Below are positions 57,536-64,000 of a stretch of DNA of 64,000 nt, piece after piece. A program made the position numbers and the translations under genes. Position 1 is the first letter of the stretch. Each line of letters starts with the position of its first letter. The notes below the pieces were generated by a model that was given only the letters and a program-made list of their open reading frames with translations, was not told where the DNA came from and made no database searches. Source of the stretch: an uncultured Gemmatimonadaceae bacterium (GTDB taxonomy: Bacteria > Gemmatimonadota > Gemmatimonadetes > Gemmatimonadales > Gemmatimonadaceae); contig CAWAGQ010000013.1 in NCBI GenBank assembly GCA_963781585.1, positions 224,001 through 288,000 on the forward strand. The letters are read 5' to 3'.

Positions 57536-60337
57536 CTACCCGCCAGTGCGGGCCGGATCCTTGTGCACGACGAGCGTCGCGGTGCGCTCCTCGCCGTCGA
57601 CGTTGAGCCTCACCGTGTAGATCCCCGGCGGCACGAGTGGCATCGCGTTACCGCGCCCCCCACCGCCTCCACCAGAACCCGCACCACCGGCGCGGCCGCC
57701 ACCTCCCGCACCCGCGCCGCGTCCACGAGCCACGGCCGCCGAATCGCGCGGCGGCGGCGCGCGGAGATTCCACCACACCCGGTTGATGCCCGCCTCCGCG
57801 GGACCGGCAAGCGTCCGGATTGTCGTTCCCTTGTAATCATCGATCGTCAGGCGCGCGCTGTCCCGCGACGACGCGCTCACGTAGTAGCTGATCGCCGCGC
57901 CATAGGGCGAATTGTGTCCCGCGTGCGACGGCGTATCGAACTCGGTCGCAAAACTCTCGGTGGTGGTCGGCGGTCGGAGCTCGTACTCGTAGGCCGGCCT
58001 CGGATCGAACAGGTGCGCGCGTTCGGCGAGCACCTGCGGCGTGAGTTGCTGCAAGGGCGCGATGTCGTCGAGAATCCAGAACCCGCGGCCCCAGGTCGCG
58101 ACCACCAGGTCGTCGAAGTCCTCCTGCACGACAATCCACGCGATGGGGGTGTGTGGCAGGTTGTTCTGGAGTGATAGCCAGTGCGCGCCCTCGTCCACGG
58201 TCACGTACAGCCCGTTTTCGGTGCCGAGGTAGAGCATGCCCGCCCGGCGCGGGTCTTCCGTGACCACGCGCGCGTACGCGAAGACGTCCTGTGGGATCCC
58301 CGCGCCGATCGACTTCCACGTCTGTCCATAATCCTTCGTCACGTACACGTAGGTGGTGTTGTCCACGGCGCGGTGGCGATCGACCGAGAGGTACGCGGTG
58401 CCCGCGGCATGGCGCGATGGCTCCACGCACCAAACGAACCCCCAGGGCGGGAGACCCGCGATGTTCGCCGTGACATTGGTCCAATGCCCGCCTCCGTCAC
58501 GCGTCACGCTCACCACGCCGTCGTTGCTCCCGGTCCAGATCACGCCCCGCTCGATAGGCGATTCGGAGATCGCGATCAGCGTGCCCGGGACATCCTGTGT
58601 CTCGGGCCAGATTCCGGGAGGGACAATCTGTTTGCTCTTGTCGTTGGTGGTGAGGTCGGGGGAGATCTGCCGCCATGTCTGGCCGCCGTCGTCGCTCTCG
58701 TGCACGAACTGGCTGCCCGCGTAGATGCGGTGCGGATCGTGGGGCGACATCGCGAGTGGGATGGCCCAGTTGCGCCGGAACGGCCGATCAGCGACCGACG
58801 CGCCGCGTCCGCCACCGCCACCGCCACCGCCACCGCCACCGCCACCACCGCCCCCGCGCCCCGATGGCCACGGCCCAGTGCCGAGGTTGAGGCCCGTGCG
58901 CATATCCATGTGCTCGACGTTGTTCGACGTACTGGCCCACACGATGTTGTCGTCCAATGCGTCGGGGATGACCCATCCGCTTTCCGCGCCGATCGTCCAG
59001 ACCCACAGGTCGGGCGGAATGATGCCGGTCCCGTCCGGCAGCGACGGCACACCGCTGCTCTGGATCAGGCTGTTGCTCGGGCCGCGATACGAGGGGCCGT
59101 CCTGGCGGCTCCCGTACACGTTGTACGGATTGCGGCGATCCACCGCCACGCGGTTCACCTGCGCGTTAGGCAGGGAGATGTGGAACCACGAGCGTCCGCG
59201 GTTGGACGAGATGTTCACGTACCGGTCGTTGGCCACCAGGATGCGATTGGCGTTGGTGGGATCGAACCAGACGTCGTGGTGGTCGGGGAAGTTCTCGGGG
59301 ATGATCGTGGTTGTCTTGCCGCCGTCGGTCGAGTGATAGAGAGCCTGGGCGAGGAAGTAGACGTCGTCGGCATTGTCGGGCGAGACGCCCAGCCGACCGA
59401 AGTAGCGCGCGCGGCGGTTGATTGCCGCATCCTTGCTTGCGACGACCCAGTTGTCACCGCCGTCGTCCGAGCGCCAGAGGTTGCCCTGGTCCGCTGTTTC
59501 CACCAACGCATACACCCGCTTCGCATTGCTCGGCGCCATGCCGATCGTGATGCGGCCGAGCGGCGGGTGGGGAAGACCGTGTCCTTCGAGGCGACGCCAG
59601 GTGGTACCGCCGTCGCGCGACATGTAGATGCCGCTCCCCGGGCCACCGCTCTCGCTGTACCACGAATGAATGACCAGTTGCCAGGTGGCCGCGAAGACCA
59701 CCTGCGGGTTCACCGGGTCCACGATGACGTCGATCGCTCCCGTGTTCTCGTCGACGAACAGCACGCGCTTCCACGTGCGGCCACCGTCGGTAGTGCGGAA
59801 TACGCCGCGCTGTTGCTGAGGGCCGTAGCAATGGCCCATGGCAGCGACGAAGACGGTGTTGGCGTTGCGCGGATCGATCACCACACGACCGATACGGCCC
59901 GTGCTGTCGAGCCCCATATGCGTCCACGTCTTTCCCGCGTCGGTGGATCGGTACACACCGTTACCGATTTCGATGTTCGGGCGGATGTTCGGATCACCGG
60001 TGCCGGCCCACACTACGCCCGGATTCGAGCGCGAAACCGCGAGCGCACCGATCGACGCCACGATCTGTCCGTCGAAGACCGGTCGCCAGTGGAGACCGGC
60101 ATCGTCGCTCTTGAAGATCCCGCCCGACGGCGTCCCGGCGTACACCACGTTCGGATCGCCCGCCACGCCGGCGACCGCGTTCACGCGATTGCCGGGTGGG
60201 CCGATGTAGCGATACTGGAGCGCCTGGTACGCAGCCGGGCTGAGTGACTGGGCCGCGACGGTGGTGGCGACAAGCGTGGCGCAGATGACTGCCAGCGATG
60301 TGGTCGTCGTTCGAATGCCGTGGGATGAGCGCGCCAT
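57536..60337 (-). CDS. VPS10/sortilin-like BNR-repeat exported protein
   Basis: YRYIGPPGNRV, GGIFKSDDAG, multiple SxDGGxTW boxes, ISPDLTTND, LYLGTE, ATWGRGFWILDD. Confidence 0.9.
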   Translation of the reverse strand: MARSSHGIRTTTTSLAVICATLVATTVAAQSLSPAAYQALQYRYIGPPGNRVNAVAGVAGDPNVVYAGTPSGGIFKSDDAGLHWRPVFDGQIVASIGALAVSRSNPGVVWAGTGDPNIRPNIEIGNGVYRSTDAGKTWTHMGLDSTGRIGRVVIDPRNANTVFVAAMGHCYGPQQQRGVFRTTDGGRTWKRVLFVDENTGAIDVIVDPVNPQVVFAATWQLVIHSWYSESGGPGSGIYMSRDGGTTWRRLEGHGLPHPPLGRITIGMAPSNAKRVYALVETADQGNLWRSDDGGDNWVVASKDAAINRRARYFGRLGVSPDNADDVYFLAQALYHSTDGGKTTTIIPENFPDHHDVWFDPTNANRILVANDRYVNISSNRGRSWFHISLPNAQVNRVAVDRRNPYNVYGSRQDGPSYRGPSNSLIQSSGVPSLPDGTGIIPPDLWVWTIGAESGWVIPDALDDNIVWASTSNNVEHMDMRTGLNLGTGPWPSGRGGGGGGGGGGGGGGGGRGASVADRPFRRNWAIPLAMSPHDPHRIYAGSQFVHESDDGGQTWRQISPDLTTNDKSKQIVPPGIWPETQDVPGTLIAISESPIERGVIWTGSNDGVVSVTRDGGGHWTNVTANIAGLPPWGFVWCVEPSRHAAGTAYLSVDRHRAVDNTTYVYVTKDYGQTWKSIGAGIPQDVFAYARVVTEDPRRAGMLYLGTENGLYVTVDEGAHWLSLQNNLPHTPIAWIVVQEDFDDLVVATWGRGFWILDDIAPLQQLTPQVLAERAHLFDPRPAYEYELRPPTTTESFATEFDTPSHAGHNSPYGAAISYYVSASSRDSARLTIDDYKGTTIRTLAGPAEAGINRVWWNLRAPPPRDSAAVARGRGAGAGGGGRAGGAGSGGGGGGRGNAMPLVPPGIYTVRLNVDGEERTATLVVHKDPARTGG
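58811..58846. repeat. (GCCACC)6 microsatellite encoding part of a poly-Gly run
   Basis: Read directly inside the VPS10-like gene. Confidence 0.9.
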
Positions 60338-60506
60338 AGGTGTGCTCCGAAGGAATCCTCGGGAATCTGAGCCGCGGAATCCCTGACGCCAGACAACCGT
60401 GGTGCAGGGGAGAGCCGGGCGCGGCGGTCATCCCCGGCCGCGCCTTCGTGCCGGCGCAGACGACAGTCCGGAAACTGCGTGATTCCGGCGCGTGCCCACA
60501 CGGCGC

Positions 60507-60893
60507 TCAGCTCATTCGGTCAGCCAGCGCTTCCTTCACCTCGTCGGTCGCCTTGAAGATGCCGTGCACTTTCACCGACTCGATCGTGGCCCGCGCCAGC
60601 TGCGGCGGTACGTCACTGGCAATCGCCAGCAACCCTACGACGTGCAGTGAGAGTCGCTCGTTCGCGTCGCGACTTCGTTCCAGGGCCTTGCGTCCATAGC
60701 TCAGCGCCCCGACGACTGCGGCATGGCGCACCGCGGTCTCACGGACAACATCGGCATGCTTGGCGAGCTGGTCGTGGATGGCGACCCGAATGAACTCGCT
60801 GCGGTTGGCGTAGAACCCCTGCTCGACCAGCAGCTCGATCTGCCCCAGGTCGACCGCACTGAGGTTGGTCGTGAGCTTCTCCATCTCCGGCAT
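60507..60893 (-). CDS. CopG/ribbon-helix-helix transcriptional regulator
   Basis: EKLTTNLSAVDLGQIELLVEQGFYANRSEFIRVAIHDQL; GGAGG RBS. Confidence 0.85.
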   Translation of the reverse strand: MPEMEKLTTNLSAVDLGQIELLVEQGFYANRSEFIRVAIHDQLAKHADVVRETAVRHAAVVGALSYGRKALERSRDANERLSLHVVGLLAIASDVPPQLARATIESVKVHGIFKATDEVKEALADRMS

Positions 60894-60909
60894 GGTGGCC
60901 CTCCGGTTG

Positions 60910-60972
60910 GATTCCCATCACCATCCGTATGGATGGTGCAGGGAATCTCGCAATCGTGGCGCCGGTTGTCAA
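60910..60972 (-). promoter_or_regulatory. Putative operator palindrome and -35 box upstream of the CopG regulator
   Basis: GATTCCC-AT-CACCATCC-GTAT-GGATGGTG-CA-GGGAATC at 60910-60947; TTGACA on the minus strand at 60967-60972; the -10 match is weak. Confidence 0.6.
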
Positions 60973-61046
60973 CGGGGCCGCATCCTACTTCACTCCCTCA
61001 CGTCGGACGAGAGAGGATTGCCGCCCCTGAGATCCGACCCGCGATC

Positions 61047-64000
61047 CTACGGCACGACCCGGATCGGCGGCGCGAGAATCCTCGGCATTCCCGCGAGCAG
61101 TGTGTTGATCTTCGCGATCCGGCCGGCCACCAGTGCATCAAGCCGCGCCTGCGCCTGATCGGTCTCCGTCTTGAGCTCACCGGCGCGCAAGGTTTCGCCC
61201 GCAGTCGGCGCGCGGGCCCCACGCGACGCCATACCCGTCACGGACTGCACCTCCTCGCGCAGCCGCGGATACTGCCGGTAGCCAAGCCCCGCCAAGGGAC
61301 GCGCGAGCACCGAATCGCGGAAGTGTGTGAGGTCGCCCAAGGCACCGGTGATCTCGGTGAGTGCCGCCGGAATCGACTTGTTGGCGCTGTCGGGTGCGCT
61401 CTCCAGCGCCGCCTGCGTTGCCGTGAGCTGGCGCGCGAGATCGTCGATCGCGTTGATGATGTTGTTCACGCGGACACCGAGATCCTGCAGCTGGCGCGCG
61501 GCCGCAATCTGCTGGGTCAGCGCCGCGGGCGTGGTCTCGAAGCGCGGATCGCCCTCGACGGTCAGGTCTTTCGAGATCCGTTGCGATCCGGCGGCGAGCG
61601 TGACGGTGTAATCGCCCGGGAGCACGTCGATGCCGCCCCCGCCGCGTCCACCCCGCCCACCGCGCCCGCCGGGTGCCGGCTCGGCTTCGCCGCCTCCCGC
61701 GGCCCCACCCCTGCCAGCTCCCGCGGCACCACCGGCGCCGGCCGCACGGCCCGCCGGCGCACCGGCACCGCCGCCGCGCGCCCCGCGGCCGCCGCGACCT
61801 CCGCGGCCGCCCGCCGCGACAACCGGGGCTTCGTAACTGAGGTTCCACGTCACCCGATTCAGCCCGGCCTGGCCGGGGGCGTTCAGACGATCCACGACGC
61901 GCCCGCCGTTCTTCTCCGCCACCGTGATCGACGCGCGCTGCGGCGACTTCAGGTAATAGGTGATGATCGCGCCGTTGGGCGGATTCTCGCCGCGCCACAC
62001 CTTCTGTCCGGCGTTGCCCTCGCGATTCCACAGATTCCAGTTCGTCGCGGTCCGCAGGTCGAACAACGTCGCTTCGCTCGCCACTGCCGCATTCAGATTC
62101 TGGAGCCACGCGATGTCGTCCAGGATGTAGAGACCGCGTCCGTGCGTCGCCATCAGCAGGTCGTTCTCGCGCGGGTGCACCTGGAGGTCCCGCACCTGGA
62201 GCACCGGCAGGTCACCGCGCAGCGAGTACCAGTGCGCGCCGCGGTCCCATGACGCCCAGGCGCCCATCTCGGTGCCGATGTACAGCAGGTTCCGGTTTCG
62301 GCGATCTTCCCGCACCACGTGGACCCACGCCGTCGACTGCGGCAGGTCGCCCATGATTGGTTTCCACGTCCGGCCGAAATCCGTCGTCATGTACGCGTAC
62401 GGCGAATAGTCGTCGTCCTGGTGGTGATCGGCGGCGACGTATGCCGTGCCCGGGTCAAAGTGCGATGCCTCGACGGTCGGGATCCAGGCGTTCGGCTTCA
62501 GCCCCGGCACGTTGGTGAACACGTTCGACCAGGTCTTCCCCCCGTCACGCGTCACCTGGACGTTGCCGTCGTCGGTGCCCACCCAGATGAGATTCGGGTC
62601 GAGATCGGAGACGGCAATCGAGATGATCGTGCAGTAGAACTCGGCCGCCGTGTTGTCCACGACGATCGGACCGCCTGACGACTGCTGCTTGGCCGGATCG
62701 TTCGTGGTGAGGTCGGGCGAGATCACCTGCCACGACTGGCCGCGATTGGTGCTCTTGAACAGCACGTTGCCGCCGAAGTACACGGCGCCCGGTTCCTTCA
62801 CCGACACCGCGATCGGGGAATTCCAGTTGAAGCGGTACTTGTGGCCGATCATCGCGTCGCCTACGGAACCGACGCGATTGGGATACGGGTAGATCTGCTT
62901 CTGGATGCCCGACCGCAGGTCGGTCACGTAGATCATGCCGCCCTGCGCGTCGGAGTACACGACGTTGGAATCGGCGAGGTCCGTAACGCCCTCGAAGCCG
63001 TCGCCGCCCGAGATCGTGAACCAGTCGGTCTTGCCGATGCCGCCGTACACGCCGAGGCTTGGCCCGCACCACGTGCCGTTGTCCTGCAGCCCACCGCAGA
63101 CCATGTACGGCTTCCGCATGTCGTAGTTGATGTGGTAGAACTGGGTGAACGGGAACGTGTTTTCCACCTCCCACGTGCGGCCGCCGTCGAAACTCTTCTG
63201 CCACCCGCCGTCGGATCCCTCGAGGATGCGCTTCGGGTCGGCGGGATCGATCCACATCGCCTGGTGGTCGCCGTGGACGCCCTGCGCGATCGTCCGGAAG
63301 TTCGCGCCGCCGTCCTCCGACAGGTTCAGGGAGCCCGACAGGGAGAAGATCCGGTTCGCGTTGGAGGGGTCGACGCGGATGTCGGAGTAGTAGAACGGCC
63401 GGAAGTTGATGTTGGGGTCGCGGTTGACCGTGCGCCACGCCTCGCCGGCGTCGTCGCTGCGCCAGAGCTCCCCTTCGGTCTTCGTCTCGCTCACCACGTA
63501 GACCACGTCGGGGTCGCTCGCGGCGACCGCAATGCCGATACGGTCCATGTCGCCGCGGGGAAGGCCGCGCCGCACGTTCGCGCCCGAGAGTCGCTCCCAG
63601 CTGTCGCCGCCGTTCACCGACTTGTAGACCGCCGTGTTGCCGCCGCCCGACTCCAGGTGCCAGGCCCAGCGGCGGTAGGTGTACATGCCGGCGTAAACGA
63701 TGTTGAAGTTGTGCGGATCGACGGCCACGTCGGAGCAGGCGGTCTGCGGGTCGACGTACAGGACCTTCTTCCACGTCCGGCCGCCGTCGGTCGTCTTGAA
63801 GACGCCGCGCTGCTCGTTAGGTCCCCACTCCCGGCCGAGCCCGCAGACGTAGACCTGCTCCGGGTCGCGGGGATTCACCACGATCCGCGCGATCTTGTCG
63901 GACTGCTCGAGACCGATCTTCGTCCAGTGGTCGCCGGCATCGATCGACTTGTACATGCCGTTGCCGACCGAGGCGTTGTTGCGCGGGTTCTCTTCGCCGG
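61047..64000 (-). CDS. VPS10/sortilin-like BNR-repeat protein (5' end outside the window)
   Basis: Frame is open to the window edge (GEENPRNNASVGNGMYKS); HGDHQAMWIDP, GGLQDNG, YRFNWNSP, ATHGRGLYILDD; long GGRGG insert. Confidence 0.9.
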   Translation of the reverse strand, partial: GEENPRNNASVGNGMYKSIDAGDHWTKIGLEQSDKIARIVVNPRDPEQVYVCGLGREWGPNEQRGVFKTTDGGRTWKKVLYVDPQTACSDVAVDPHNFNIVYAGMYTYRRWAWHLESGGGNTAVYKSVNGGDSWERLSGANVRRGLPRGDMDRIGIAVAASDPDVVYVVSETKTEGELWRSDDAGEAWRTVNRDPNINFRPFYYSDIRVDPSNANRIFSLSGSLNLSEDGGANFRTIAQGVHGDHQAMWIDPADPKRILEGSDGGWQKSFDGGRTWEVENTFPFTQFYHINYDMRKPYMVCGGLQDNGTWCGPSLGVYGGIGKTDWFTISGGDGFEGVTDLADSNVVYSDAQGGMIYVTDLRSGIQKQIYPYPNRVGSVGDAMIGHKYRFNWNSPIAVSVKEPGAVYFGGNVLFKSTNRGQSWQVISPDLTTNDPAKQQSSGGPIVVDNTAAEFYCTIISIAVSDLDPNLIWVGTDDGNVQVTRDGGKTWSNVFTNVPGLKPNAWIPTVEASHFDPGTAYVAADHHQDDDYSPYAYMTTDFGRTWKPIMGDLPQSTAWVHVVREDRRNRNLLYIGTEMGAWASWDRGAHWYSLRGDLPVLQVRDLQVHPRENDLLMATHGRGLYILDDIAWLQNLNAAVASEATLFDLRTATNWNLWNREGNAGQKVWRGENPPNGAIITYYLKSPQRASITVAEKNGGRVVDRLNAPGQAGLNRVTWNLSYEAPVVAAGGRGGRGGRGARGGGAGAPAGRAAGAGGAAGAGRGGAAGGGEAEPAPGGRGGRGGRGGGGIDVLPGDYTVTLAAGSQRISKDLTVEGDPRFETTPAALTQQIAAARQLQDLGVRVNNIINAIDDLARQLTATQAALESAPDSANKSIPAALTEITGALGDLTHFRDSVLARPLAGLGYRQYPRLREEVQSVTGMASRGARAPTAGETLRAGELKTETDQAQARLDALVAGRIAKINTLLAGMPRILAPPIRVVP

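Overview
High-GC bacterial chromosomal window, probably Gemmatimonadota (inferred from a SusC/SusD pair, VPS10-like and NHL beta-propeller paralogues and many exported hydrolases in a very GC-rich genome). It holds about 40 CDS: a glgE-glgB-sugar ABC importer operon, exported msrA, M14 peptidase, GH3, a TolC/MFP/RND pump, ZIP and HupE/UreJ metal-handling genes, three PAL-like NHL propellers, cytochrome c plus a PQQ dehydrogenase, Tat-exported IorAB and aminotransferase, an amidohydrolase, SusCD, an Ntn-hydrolase, an ECF sigma/anti-sigma pair, a CopG regulator and three VPS10-like proteins. I saw no rRNA, tRNA, CRISPR or transposase. Most notable: (1) an unannotated, frameshift-split, secreted 8-cysteine peptide gene (14675-14918) heading a DsbA-like oxidoreductase and a 6-bladed beta-propeller in a more AT-rich islet, a candidate disulfide-peptide system; (2) a non-palindromic octamer CGTTAGGC dispersed about 26 times that coincides with rare codons; (3) GGRGG low-complexity loops, often next to D-S/T-A/T motifs, in many unrelated exported proteins; (4) a tandem intact plus apparently dead PAL-like pair; (5) GGGGTCAGACTCGA and heptamer repeat families. 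All calls come from reading motifs by eye; no searches were run.
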